A stretch of DNA of 64,000 bases, from the NCBI RefSeq assembly GCF_022045235.1, contig NW_027266271.1:31186001-31250000 (forward strand). The letters are read 5' to 3'. Position 1 is the stretch's first letter; each line of letters starts with the position of its first letter. Both the position numbers and the translations under genes were made by a program. A model generated the notes under the pieces. It did no database searches. It saw only the letters and a list, made by a program, of their open reading frames with translations, and was not told the origin of the DNA. This stretch comes from Haliotis cracherodii. Lineage: Eukaryota. Of the stretch, positions 25,664 through 39,239 are shown piece after piece.

Positions 25664-25891
25664 AGCTTTTTCCGGCTTCCATCTCCCTGTGGTAGACTGT
25701 AACATGATGTATCCTGTACGGCCGTCCCAGATCTACCCTCCACATACTCGGGGAGTTGGGAGCAGAGTGGAAGCAAGAGTTGCGGCCTATGTCCTGGTTC
25801 CTGTCCCCGTCCACAGCCTTGTCTGGAGTCCAGTTGTAACCATCAAGTGTTCCAGATGAAGAGGTGGCTGTCTTGTTGAAGGCCACGTTTT
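25664..25891 (-). CDS. Gene A exon 3, F-type lectin domain N-half (ENVAFNKTA...KAVDGDRN...SCFHS...WRVDLG...VTVYHR)
   Basis: NVA..K.A, AVDG, C.HS and W.VDLG motifs typical of F-type lectin/F5-8C folds; 228 nt, phase 1-1. Confidence 0.88.
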
Positions 25892-26613
25892 CTGCTCGTC
25901 GGACACAATGATAATTTTTACTCGACACAATCGAACACGTATCATCACTATTTGATAGTGATTCATAAAATAATGCTCATGATATCGTCGGAATCGTACA
26001 CATCATGACAAATCTTCTTATATATGTTATGTGGTATATAATTCATGGATCATTTCAATTGGCGTTTTCAAAACTAAAATGATTTATATTATCTAGCTGA
26101 CTAGTTACTGGTAATTAATACTGTTCGTAGTAAAGTTTTATAGGTACAATACTGCCTGGAAGTTAATTCCCCTTACACGTATGGGCAACGCGTTACGCCA
26201 CCCGTGTGCACCCCGTTGGTCACTCGTGTGGAACTCGTCCGCCACGCGTGTAACACGCGTGTGCAAGGCGTTGAACACGTTGACCAAAGTAGGACCCATG
26301 TTAAGCTGAACTTGGAGGTGATAACAAGGAGAGAATGTTTTGATATCCTGACGAAAAATGTCAATACACATTTTATTATATGTACTTGCTGATGTCTCAT
26401 TTTCAGATTTGATATTGTTGGAAAATATGAGCACTGCTGTGGTTTCTACATGATGTTTTGCGATGGTGTTAAGAGAATACATGATCCCGGTAAATGTTAT
26501 TGCTATTCACATGCTTTTTGTGATTTGACATTAAACGCCTGTAGCACGACTTTCAGTGATCATGTTTATGAGGCTTTGTGGAGCATTGTTTTTATTGGAC
26601 CCTAATTACTTTA

Positions 26614-26912
26614 TGATGGTTGGGTCTCTTTGTCGCAGTTCAATAGCCGTGACGCTGGGAAAGGGCAGCATTTAATTAATGAGAGTAGGTTATATCATGG
26701 AGGATACACTTGAGGGAGAGGGTTCCACTAATTACTGTACCACAGGAAGAGACCTGTAGACGTGAGCGCGGGGTTGTGTATAAGATGGCCGTTCCATAAT
26801 TGCCGCCAGGAGAGGTGAACAATGACCTAAAGCAGTGTTGTTTTCAAGGGCTTGTTGAATAAATTCCCTGCGCTACTGTCAATATATCTTCTACTTGATC
26901 TTTGATACATCA
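26614..26912 (+). mobile_element. Possible solo LTR
   Basis: TGATG...CATCA termini, internal TATAA and AATAAA; TSD imperfect. Confidence 0.4.
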
Positions 26913-27299
26913 TTTTGGCATTTACAATATATGTTTTTTAAAACGTACATTAATAGTTTACTTGTCATATGTTTTCTTCTTTGATAAGCATTTAGAAGTT
27001 GGAGTCCTAAGTGTTAATCTACAAACACTTATTATGCTAACTGTATGTGTGACCGATGCTGCCAGTAGAACTTAACATGGTATAATCACTGATTTCCAGT
27101 GAACCATTCATATTATTTTCACCTCTATTTTGCCTTTTACGCAAACACCAACCCTTCCCAAATTCACTGAAAACAAATACGATACCAAGTATTCGCAAAT
27201 GGAATGAGCATTTCATGTCTTTAGTAAGGAGAAGAATTATGGAGAAGAACAACTACTTTATTCACTGTTTATATACGTTCGAGTAGCTGTCCATCTCTC

Positions 27300-29160
27300 A
27301 GAAATAGAGTTAGTTTGGAATTCGCTATTCCATCTCTTGGCTTTAGGAGATCCATGACAGATAGTGGATCTAACTGCAATTCTTGTTTTAACCTAGCCCG
27401 GGCTGGGGCATGTTCTTGACATTCTAGTAACATGTGAGCAATGGTATCAGCCTGATTGCAAGATGAACAAACCTTGTCCTAGGGCTTTTTGTGACCGAGT
27501 CTGAGGCAATTTCAATTTTCCTTTCATTTGAGTATAAGTTTGGCTTTTGTTGGATCTTGGTTTGAATTTTGTATAGCCATCTGCCGATCTTACTTGCGTC
27601 CTATTGGACTTGCCATCTTTCTGCTATAGAGGCTTTGACTTTGCTTTTTATCTCTAGTTTACTAAATTGAATAGGCTGTATATCCGCTTTGTCTAGAGCT
27701 AGCTTCGCCAGTGAGTCTGCTTTTTTCATTTCCATGAATATCTATGTGAGAGGGGATCCATCACAGCTCCACCTGTTGCCCTTGGTCGGATAGTTTTGTA
27801 TACAGACAGACAAATGTATTTGGTACTTCAGGCCACCGGCCCATAATACAATAGAAATATACTGTATATATATTTGCATGCTGAGTAGATTTAATAATGA
27901 TTAACCGGTCCACACTGTGTTTCCTTTCGATGTTCATGACTTGGGAGAGAAATTTACCTAAGCCTTTTATAATTTGTTCGTTTTCAGCTGACATAAGTCT
28001 TATAAAATTCTCAATAGAGGGAGGGGGAACGAGACGCTTGGGAAAAGAGTTTCTTCTTGCTCTAGAATACTGGTCACAAATCAAATTTAAAGAACATGGA
28101 ATTCATCTTCAACATGGTTATGTCACTTCGAAAAACAATAAGTGCAGACACGTTCATTATATGGGATGTTGTTGTGACGCCCCAGTTCAACAGCAAGTCT
28201 GAAATTAATACATCGGAACATGTCTATAAGTCTACGTTGGTAAGAAGACATATCACAAGTAATATATGATTCCACATATAGTAATGACTTGAACTGTGCG
28301 TAGTCATTGCATTTCGTTGATGATGTCAGGGAAAAGTGAGTGAGGCAGTCGTAAAAGCTTCGTTTAAAATCTGTCATGAAATGTTGAATATTACCAATGT
28401 CTTGGCTTAGCCAAACAAAACCAAACCCAAACTGAAATAAAATCATTCTAATATGTGATGCCCATGTAATTTTACCATTATCATCAAGAGATTTTAGTAT
28501 ATGATAAACTTGGATGGGTAGCCTGTGTTGTTCCATCTGAATTAGTCTGCACCAGTACTTGACTGCCCTTGACATGTAGTTATACTGTAGGGGGATCCTA
28601 CCGCAGTCTCCTAGAACCATGTTGTTATTGGTGTACTTATTTACTTTCAAAAAGGATTTGCAGAATCTGTTATGGACACTCTCAATAATGTTACAGTAGC
28701 TTGCTCCCCAGATCTCTGATCCATAACATTGGATTGGTGAAATCATAGCATCAAAAATATTAAAAGGATCATGGTGATTAATGTATCCAAATTGTTTTTG
28801 ATAATTATATATTGATAGAAGTTTTGTATATTCGTATAGAATATTGTTGACTGTGTTTGGCCTGGATTTTGCGTTTCTGCCACTGACGGCTTGAAGTGCA
28901 CTTAGCGAGTCTGATATGACGACTGCCTTTGCTTCCGGAAGTTCCGGTATGAGTTTGAGTGCATGATGAATTGTCTCCAATTCAGTCGTGAATATTGACT
29001 AACCATCAGGCAAGCGAACCGAATGTGCTTGGGGTTTGGGGCTGTGGATATGGATCCCGTAGCCAGCACTGTTGTTGATAAGATTCTTGGATCCATCAGT
29101 ATATAAGGACCCAGCTGTCCCAGGTAGTTTGAATTTTAGTGATAGCTACTGATCGTAGTA
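27300..29160 (-). mobile_element. RNase H-bearing LINE fragment interrupted by a nested LINE
   Basis: LYTDGSK...SDSLSALQAV (28830-29150) continues as WIPSH...GNEKADSLAK below 27792. Confidence 0.8.
27803..28819 (-). mobile_element. 5'-truncated RTE-X-like LINE nested in the RNase H LINE
   Basis: CYGSEIWG, GDCGRIP and ELGRH..ERVC motifs; flanked by 11-bp direct repeat agttttgtata. Confidence 0.85.
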
Positions 29161-29263
29161 GGGCTGGCTTTGTTTGATATACAGAGTATGGTTGACAGGT
29201 ATATATACAGGTAGGAACCAGTGTTTATACAGTAGAGTAGATATCACATGTAGTTATACTGGA

Positions 29264-29940
29264 TTAGCATAGCCGTTGTTGAATGGACAGTCCTTCATAT
29301 CGGCCCTTTTCAATACGTAGGGGGGTGACACCACAGCAAAATTTACTTAATGCGCTCCTGGAGTTGTGGGGCATGTTAACTTGATTATGAGGTTCCGTGC
29401 AATAATCTTGTTTGAAAAGTCGATAGGTTCTCAATTGTCTATCATTTTGTCTCTCCATGCTTCCAATATTTTCAGCTCATATGCACTAATAACAGTATCG
29501 ATCACATTCTTGGATATAAAAGTTTCAATGTTGTAGGAATTACTCGACCCTTGGTTTCCAAACAACATGTAAATTCTGTAGTTCCATATCTTAAATGTGG
29601 ATACTCGGTAATTGTCTAGTAAGATGAATATTCTTCTGTTCAATCTATCCACATTCATGTTCACCAATCTTCTCCACTGACATAACACGGCTTTCCACAG
29701 ATTGACACACATTGGGGTCCATCCCATCTCCCCTTGTACTGCATCATTAGGAGTATATGTTCCGACTCCAAGAAAATGTCTACACGCTCTGTTTTGAATG
29801 TTTATAATTGTAGAAAATTCTCGAGTTCCCCAAACTGACGCACCATACGTAATCACAGGTAGCACAATTGCATCATATAGTTTGGTATACGCATCGTAGG
29901 GGAGACCACCCAGGGCTTAGCAATGATAAGACCCATATGT
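29264..29940 (-). mobile_element. RTE-X-like LINE ORF2 fragment
   Basis: PVITYGASVWG, GEMGW, LRTYRLFK and PLRIEKGRY motifs. Confidence 0.8.
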
Positions 29941-29963
29941 TTGGTTGTATGTACCATTACATA

Positions 29964-30130
29964 NNNNNNNNNNNNNNNNNNNNNNNNNNNNNNNNNNNNN
30001 NNNNNNNNNNNNNNNNNNNNNNNNNNNNNNNNNNNNNNNNNNNNNNNNNNNNNNNNNNNNNNNNNNNNNNNNNNNNNNNNNNNNNNNNNNNNNNNNNNNN
30101 NNNNNNNNNNNNNNNNNNNNNNNNNNNNNN
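29964..30130. other. Assembly gap (N run)
   Basis: 167 Ns. Confidence 1.
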
Positions 30131-30131
30131 C

Positions 30132-30236
30132 TTGTGTGCGTGCGTGCTTGTGTGCGTGTGCGTGCGTGGGTGTGCGTGTGCGTGTGCGCGTGCGCGTGCG
30201 CGTGCGCGTGCGTGCGTGCGTGCGTGCGTGCATGTG
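30132..30236. repeat. (GTGC)/(GTGCGC) compound microsatellite next to the gap
   Basis: Seen directly in sequence. Confidence 0.9.
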
Positions 30237-33200
30237 TAAATGTATATGTAAATCTATGTACGCCTAGATTACAAAATAAATGCCTCGGTCTTTTGAAGTC
30301 AGAAGGCAGGGGTACTCCCGGGAAGGAAGACACTGAAGCAGAAACTTCTCTCGCGGCATAAGGCGAGTATAGCCATGATAGCAGAGTAAGCTGGGGGATT
30401 ATCAGCTGTTGGGTGAAGACAATTGTTCAGAAAGATCGACGTCCTGTCCCTGTGAATAAACCTACAGATTACAGACTGAACGCCAAAAGTGTCTGTCATA
30501 TTTCTTAATGCTCAATTACTTTTGCTGGAGAATATGTTTCTTGTACAAGCGCTATGGTAAGGCTAAGCTTTACTTCGGTTTTCCTTTGTTTAGCAGGTCC
30601 CTCATGCTAAAAACAGCCTTACTGTTTATATTACTATATCCTCCTATGATTTACATCTAACAAAGCTATAAATTACTATTATATTAGGCTTTAATCTTAT
30701 TGTTATTTGAAACTTTCTCCCTCTGTAACACAAGCCATAGGTTCTAGTATTATATTTAATACATCCGTATTTACATATATACAGAAATAATAATGTATAG
30801 TCAAAATATATACCTATAAATCTACTATGTAATGAAATGTAATGTAATTTATATCTATTGACTGTGAAGTCAACGTAAAATCTATAATTGATGATGATAA
30901 TATATGAATGTTAATGCAACATGTTAATGGTAATGTCGGTGTGAAGATAAATTTAAATACGTTAGACATATTAATATATTTTAACACCTTTTTAAACGGT
31001 AAAATAAGATACATTTAAAAGTTTTAAAACACCTTTTTAAACGATAAAATAAGATACATTTAAAAGTTAGTAGCAAATAACACTTGAATACAAACATATG
31101 TATTTCTTATAATAGAAGGTCCATAAGGGTATTTTGAGAGGTACCGTAACTCGTTACGAAAAAAAAGTTCTCTTTAAATTAAATACTGGACATTTCCCAA
31201 CACTCCACTTTTTGTTTTTTTGCGTGTAAAAGTTAAAAAGAGGATGTTTGGTGGGGGACTAGAGGAATCTTTTCAGAGGGTGTTATTCTGACATTACCCA
31301 CTATTTATTGGAGGATATTGGAAATGAATATAGACTGTCATGTTGTCTGACTGCAGATATGATTTGTTATCTTAACACTGGGGGTTTCACATTAGGGGTT
31401 GTGATTTTTACAATTGCCAAACATTGTCCTTCTGAATATCAGTGCTTGGTGATGCCAAAGGTGACATTTCATTATTAGAGGAAATTTATAGTGAATACTT
31501 AATACCATGTCTACAGGATATCTTCAGGATTTTTAGCCCTTTCTTCCCCTGTATGTAATTCAGATGGAAAGAAGTCACTCAACTAGCGAAAGAAGATCAG
31601 ACTTGGTTAGAGTCCGTGTTTATCTGTGACAACTTCCAATTGGTGACATATTAGTGATCTTGGCAAGTGGTGATGAAGTTTGATATTCATATTATTATAA
31701 TCTGTCAAACGTACATACACGTATATGTTAAATCATGAATATTCAAAGGGACTGTTCCCTAAACCCATCAATATGTTAATGAATGAACATTAGTTTATTG
31801 TATGGATTATATAAAGATCTCACTAAGTATATGTTTTATATTTTGCGTGCATGAAAGATCGGATTAAGGGAGGAGGGAAATATTTTCCTAAAAGTTTCCA
31901 ACAACTAATCGAGGAAATTGGAAATGGCTGAACCTGTAGATAGCATCAAATCCGTGACAGATGTGACAGATCTCACAGGGTAACATTCAACAGGCTCATA
32001 ACCTTGTGATAATGTTAACGTTTTTCTTAACAGTTTAGAAGAAGAGAAGAAATTTGAAGTGAACCACATTGGAAAATGAGAGAAGAAATAAATAGTCAAT
32101 GTTTTCTATCATAAAAACTCTCTGTTCGCTAAACAACAGTTGTTATTTTAGTACTTTCAAGAGGAATCCCAAACCATCTCTTACTCTGTTATGATATCTT
32201 ATTTTAAAGTGAACACAAAAAAACATTAACGTGAAACAAAGCATTTTCCATGGACTTGTTAATTTGCTTATTGTTGCTATACATGTGTTCAGATTAATTA
32301 TAACTATACAATATCAACTATAATTTGCTTCCGTGTGTGAATGCGTGTAATACTTGCATATTGGCTCCCCAGTTTTCATAATGCTTCATAGGAAAGCAAA
32401 ATTTTGTGTTTTTATTAATCTAATTTCTCATGTCAGTGACTGATTTCAGACCGCGTGGTTGGTGTTACACAGTGTCCCAACCCTAGATCTCGTGTATCTA
32501 CTTTTATGTTTCGCCCTCGTGATCTAACGTTCTAACATTTCAGGGCATAGACATCCTCTTAGACAACAGATGCGTTCTGGACATATTATCTTTCTGTTTA
32601 CTGTCTTAAAATTTACTTTATTAGTCTTCGAATGTTACGTCTAATACACAGGACCGTTTAGCCTATATAAGGAATGTAGCAGTCAGTGGATCTTCCAGTT
32701 AGCTGACTTACTGTTGGTAATATCCGTTTTCTTTCTTGTTGCATATCAAGGCACCAATTCATCGGTCATGGGGTTTTGTTATATTCTTTTAGCAAATAAG
32801 AGGATAGTTAGTAATAAAAATATACGGTATACAACGAAACGTTTCACAACTATCACAAAATCATTCGACACTGACACAGCATCAAACCCTGTGGTAGACT
32901 GGACACAATTATTTGCGCACTGATTGGATAACTCATACCGACAGGGTGGTGGTTCAAGCGAAACGGACAACCCTGTCTGTTGTCTAATTAAAGCTGGGCG
33001 GCGCCTTTGATCTTGACTCCAACCATGCATGTAGTAGAAGTAGACGATGATTAGGATAACCTTGAAATATACAAGATTCTTTCTTGTTGCATATCAAGGC
33101 ACCAATTCATAAGTCATTTTTTTTGGTTATGTATGTGTAGCCCAGTGTATCCACAATTAACTAGAATGTTTCATATCGACAAAATAAATACAAGCTAGAT

Positions 33201-35593
33201 ATTTGCCCACACCAAATACATATTTACTTAATTGTGTCAGTGTGGTTTCACAACACAAGTATAACGCTTATTCACGCTTGGTGTGGCAGACTGAAATTGA
33301 ACATTATGATAGCGTCAGTAGGGATAATACAGATCATAAGACATAACTTTATTTGCTTTCCTAGGCACAGACCGTGGCGTGTGAAGATCATACATAAATA
33401 TGTTTTAGTTACATGGGCAGCAGGCTAGATTATTTACAGCAATACAGTGCAAATATTCTGTTCAATAAAAGAAAACGTTGTTAAAACGCTTATTTTTGTA
33501 CTATTGACCAAAGTGTGGACTTTGAAGACATTTTTGCTTATTGTAATCATATCTCTCTCTGAAATCCACAAGCATACTGGCTGTCAAACCTAGAACCATA
33601 TTCAGGGCGGCCAGTTTTGACTTGCCAAGTGCCTCAAAGTGAGTTTATTCTTACATGTCAAAAGCGATTGACCCTACAATATATACCTGGAAGCTGTCTC
33701 TCGGACTGTTATGGGTAGTTATGTATTTATAATATTACTGGGAAATGTTCAAGTTAGTTACTCCAACGTTCTTAAATGTCAATCGTCTCAACATGACCAT
33801 AAGTTTGTTTTTATGTCACTTCCCTGTCTCAAGTTGTTAATCGGTAACTGCGGTCCGAATTTATCAACCTGTTCATCTACTGTTGACTGAGTTGTTTACA
33901 CAATAAAAAATCTAATTGATCATGAACTACTGAGGCGATCAAGCACTTGTATCACAAATGCAAAAGCAGTCATGATACATGTAGTACCAAAAGCTGGCAA
34001 TTATTTCGTCGCAATATAACTGAAAAAATGCTGGTGTGACGTGACATGTAAACTTACTCACAGACAATATACTTTTCGATAGAGTGCAGCACAATTTTAT
34101 GAAAGCTTCATTTACAATTTAATAAAACTATAATAATATGAATATTAAAATTCATCATCACTTGTCAAGTTTACTAAAATGTCACCAGTTGGAAGATATC
34201 ACAGATAAACAAGGATTCTAACTAAGTTAGATCGTCTTTGACGCAGAGGTCTATCCCAAATTTGCCAGCGCACAGCAGAGGATTCACAGTTATTGTGAGA
34301 GAGTATGGTTTGACGCCGCTTTTAGAAGTTACTTTGTTTGTACAATCAAAGATCTAGAAGTAACGCCAAAAACGCTCAAAGCTGTTAGTGAGTGAACTCA
34401 ACGGAGGATTTTACAAGTATCCATCACAACTCATGAAAGCTGACATGTGAATAAACTCAGTTCAACCGAAATTTAAATAATTAAGGCACTTGCAATTGCA
34501 GTGATGGCTGTTCATATTTATTTCCAATATCCTCTTAGAATTAGTGATAAATGTTAGAATAACACACAAAACATTTTCTTATGAATTCTTACAAACTACA
34601 AAACAGAAAGCGTGGTGTGTGGAAATGAGACATATTCCTGCGTGAAATGATAAGACATTAGTGGTGGTGACAGCTTCATCATAATCGTACTGTCTAAAGC
34701 ATAAATTTGGCGAACGAAAAACGTTATATTTGCAATCACCAGAAAGGACTCAAGTGGGCAAAACCTAAAACGAATACGTCAGCAATCCACAAACAATCAC
34801 TTCATTAATGGCAAGATTTACCAACCAGCGACAATCGTGTCAACTCGGGGATTCCCCCCAGCAATAAACTCGCATCTAAATTCACTTCTGGCCTATCGGC
34901 TACAATGACTAGACTGGACCCTCGTGGAGTGGGTCATGCCATAAAAGTCCAGCAACCGAACACCAATTAAGACGGTCCGACCTTGTGTATATGGTCTGGT
35001 GAACACAGGTCATTGGCCGCTCATTAAGTCATGATTCACATCTCACCGTTTTGTTATTTCTCACTATTCATTTGATATATTTGTCAACTTCAACTGAAAC
35101 CCGGTTCAGTGTTACGCGCTGCACACCCGTTGCACACGCGTGTTCAACGGGTGTCAACCCGTGTGCAACCCTTTGAGCATCCGTGTCACAGGCGTGTTAC
35201 ACGAGTTCTCAACGCGTGTTTGGGGAGTGAACTTCTACTATGTTGTACATTTTTGTGTGTATTTATTCCTCTTATCAATTTTTATTGATAATGCCATTTG
35301 TACATTTGTAAATAATCTGGCGTCCATAGAACTTACGTTTGAGTTTCCTTCAACAAACTACACATGTTATTAGTTGTAGCAGGATCAAACACATAACCAG
35401 GCATAACACCTAACGATGGACGCATAACACCCCATGTACCCCCAGTGATCCTGCTACAACGAATTTATCTTACCGACATGTTTTAATATAACATTATGAA
35501 ATAATTGACACAAATTCAAAATTGATAGAAATTAGCTGTCCGATTCAGCTGAGGTTAGCTTGTGCTATGTCACGTGACTTTCATTAAATTGGA

Positions 35594-35949
35594 GGTGAGA
35601 GGAAAAGGGGTTTAACGTCGCGTCCAAGATTATTGCACTTATATAGCGACGTGCATGTACGTGTGTGTGTTTGTGTGGCTGCTTGTACTAGTCCGGACTG
35701 ATGCCGATTTATAGTGCCAGCTCACTGAGATACCATGCCGCAGTTTAACATGAATATCCCACCCAGACACAGTATACTGACTCCGAGCCGACCAGTCCTT
35801 GTTTTAGCCCCTGAATGCCGAGCGCCAGACAGGGTAACAACAAGTACCATCTTTTAACGTCTGTTGGTATGACGCAGCCGGGGATCGAACCGCGGAACTT
35901 CTGCTCTCCGGGCGGACGCTCTACCACTAGACCATGGAGGCGGTCCCCT
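35594..35949 (-). mobile_element. tRNA-derived SINE, family 3 (V-domain-like core)
   Basis: GGTCTAGTGG and GGTTCGATCC boxes; 10-bp TSD ttaaattgga; related copies at 23846-24147, 60330-60565, 44035-44101 and 11726-11779. Confidence 0.8.
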
Positions 35950-36831
35950 TTAAATTGGAAAAAGAGTGCGCCATTTTGTTTGGAAGCGGGGTATAAGGTA
36001 TTTATTCTGCCACTCAGAAATCCACGTGCAACCTTTTTTGCTCATGGAGGGGTTGAAGGGATTAATTCACCCGCTGAGAAATGTATTTGCCTCTAAGGCA
36101 GGGTACACAGTAATTAATAAAAAACATGTATAGCATACCCCAATAACATAAGTATGCATATTAGATAACCGGAAGTGGGACTTTTTTGCGTCGGTGCACA
36201 TGAACACGTGTTTACAAACAACATGGATACCATTGAGGCTGGAGACATTATTTTAACACGTCAAAGGGGAATTGCTGCACTGCTATCAGTGTTGCCATAT
36301 GGATAATATGGATCGTCGATGGCGTGATCTTAGAAAATCAAAATAGAAACACAGCCAAGAAAACTTTGGATGATTTGAAACTGTTAGATAACTTTTCGAA
36401 CGTTGAAAAGGATTTTTACGCCATATACATGAACCCCTCTACACACAAACTAAACACACTTCCATGCAAGTTTTTCATTAGTTTTCGATTAATGGAGACA
36501 ATTATGAACCAAACAGTCTGATTGGGTTTCAGAGCAGCATCGGGAGATCACTAAAACGAAGGGGATATAGCGATTCCCCCGAAGCGATCCTTAGCCTTTT
36601 CAAGATCAGAGGAGATATTAAAGACGACAAAAATTGATCTGAAGAATGAAGACATGGCAACTTCATCCGATTACTCAGAATTCTCAAAAACCACAAAAGC
36701 TGGCACAAGAGCATATTACAATAAATAATTATGTATATGTACAAATAGCAGACAAGATAGCAGTTAATTACAACATGTGATTACCTAGTATTTTCCAATG
36801 CAATTTCCACTCTTCACAATATACATTAAAC

Positions 36832-37110
36832 TGAGTGAGTGAGTTGGGTTTAACGCCGCTTTTAACAGTATTCCAGTTATTTCACGGCGTGTCAGCTTAA
36901 TGTCGGAGGAAAGCCCAAAGTGATGCAGGTCTCAGACGTTTACCACTTCGGTGAAACCCACGAGGACGGGTATGGTGCTGACAGACATAGAAACATAATC
37001 GGGGCGAACCGGGATTCGAACCCACAATCATAGGTTTCTGGCGTGCCCAAGTGACGCAACTCTGCACAGCGAATCGCGGCGCCTTAGACGACTGGGCCAC
37101 CCGTGTCCCC
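36832..37110 (-). mobile_element. tRNA-derived SINE, family 2, with (TCAC)n tail
   Basis: A box TGGCCCAGTCG, B box GGTTCGAATCC; truncated copies at 13123-13320, 17991-18217 and 4828-4950. Confidence 0.8.
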
Positions 37111-37795
37111 AATATACATTAAAAGAGTCTAAGGCTTTCTGTAAACCTTCTGGTGATTCATCAAATAATACAGCATCATCTGCATACAATAAAATTATAA
37201 ATCCATACAAGTAAATGTTTATCTTCATCGTAGTTGAGATTAACTCCTCCACACCCAGATGAAAGCAAAAGGGTTTCCACGACATTTATGAAAATTGAGA
37301 ATAATAGAGGGGATAAGTTTTCTCCCTGTCTAACCCCTACCAGTCACCCATCAAGATAACATACTCACTCAAAGAGAAAATAAAGTATTTTTTTTTCAAT
37401 TTCATTAAATGTCTCACTTATAAAGTAATTTGAATTTTCTGGAGGTATATATACTGTTCCTCAAAACAAATCTTGTTTGGTGTCACATAGTGTCTTTGAT
37501 GGTTTTAGCCACAGCACATATTCACATTCTTCTTCTATTATAACTGATATGTCTTTTTCTAAATCACATCTTATTGCTACCCCCAAGCTACCCGAACGTC
37601 TAATCACTCCCTTTCTATGCTGAAAGTACAGTTTATAACCTGGTAATTGTAGATCATCTAGAGAATCAGTTTTGGTTTCCTGAAATCCTATGACATCCTT
37701 GTTTTTAATCAAATTAGTAAATTCTTGATATTATAACCGCTTTCTAAGGCCACATACATTTAATGAAAGTAGTCTTATATGATTGTGGTTACTTG

Positions 37796-37839
<44 letters not shown>

Positions 37840-39110
37840 ACAACATCATCATCATTATCAACAATTTCACTATTACCATCTATACATTCATTACAAACAT
37901 CAACATTATTAGCATCGACAGTCATGACATTTTCTTGTACACTTTCAGTATGAACATTGTCACCAGTAGAGTGGATATCACTTAATTCACAAGAAAACTT
38001 ATGTTTACTATCACTGACTGGGTAATAATTATAAGTGCGGTTATCATTGCTGACATGGCTATCAGTGGCCACAACCTCAATGTTATTATTTGTAAGGGTA
38101 TTGAGGAAAGTACATAAGGGAACATCCTTTTGGAATGTAAAATTACTGTCTTGTTCAACTGTTATTTTCATAGACATATTCCAAGGATTACATAAAGTTG
38201 TTCGTGCTGCATAGCAACTTGATGTTCTTTGGTAATATATACAGACATAATTAACTAAACAATGACTATTTTCTGATGTATTATAAAATGAATTGTTAAC
38301 ACAGTCTTCCATGCTGGCACTATACGAAATATTAACAGCTACATCTTTGGTAGTATTCTTAGAAGAGAAATTACAGTTAGTATCACATTTCTCTTGTATC
38401 ACATCAGTCATTGAGCCTCTCACACCTGGTTGGAATTTAGTACTTTCCGTGGCATCACATGGCTCTTCTTCATCAAGACAAACGTCAACTTTTGCTTTTG
38501 AAAAAGTAGTAAATCTACATACATGTGTGGCAGTTACATTGTCTGAGTAACTATAAGAAGAAATTTATTCAACTCCATTTACAACTCCAATAATGCATCA
38601 TTCCCTGAATTGTTTTTTGTATTGATAGTGTATATAGAGAGTGAATTATCTATAGTTATTAGTAAACTGTCACTGTGGTCTTTACTATGTACATCTCGGT
38701 GCTGAATGTTATTTCTGTTGCGTTCATTTAAACCATTACTCATTCTGTTCACATTAAAACAATATCTTGACAGCTGTTCACGCAATCTGTTACTTGTAAA
38801 CAGTTGGTATGGAGTATCTGTCACATCGAGAGAGGGGTTAGCGTCTGGTTGCCCCTGTAAACCTGTGTACACCTATGTGAATCCTCCTCTGTGACCACCA
38901 CTAAACCTCTGCTTGGGGGCTCTATGGGGGAGGAGGGGTGTCTATCAGATGGTTGTTTACATACAACCTGTCAACTACTATAGTAGCCTTCTTTCCATCT
39001 CTCTCAGCAGTTCTCAGGTGGTGCATAAGGACCTCTCTCCTATACTGGCCTATTTCTTCTGGGAATTGTTCCATTACCCCATAGGATTTACCGTTGAGCT
39101 CCATCCCACT
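37110..39110 (-). mobile_element. Degenerate LINE 5' part: ORF1 remnant, AP endonuclease and RT fragment
   Basis: EQFPEEI...VDRLYVN (ORF1-like); LSLNVCGL and FQETK (APE); GVRQGENLSPLLF and LLYADD (RT). Confidence 0.85.
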
Positions 39111-39239
39111 GACCTTTACGGCATCACGTTCTCTAGTATAGAGAAATGTACTGATGAAGAGATCGAGTCAATGCGGCAGTCCGGATCCATTGGAATCAAT
39201 AATCCAATGAGCATATTGAACTGTCTATGACTCTACGAC

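Noticed and set aside
27155-27216. MKCSFHLRILGIVFVFSEFGK as an alternative first exon
   Set aside because: Phase fits but the donor GTTGGT is weak and there is no other support
29853-30361. Several ORFs spanning the N run
   Set aside because: Artefacts of the gap and adjacent microsatellite
37005-37110. tRNA gene
   Set aside because: tRNA-like A/B boxes are the head of a multi-copy SINE, continuous with its body and tail
37779-37985. Poly-Ile ORF
   Set aside because: (ATC)n microsatellite within a LINE relic
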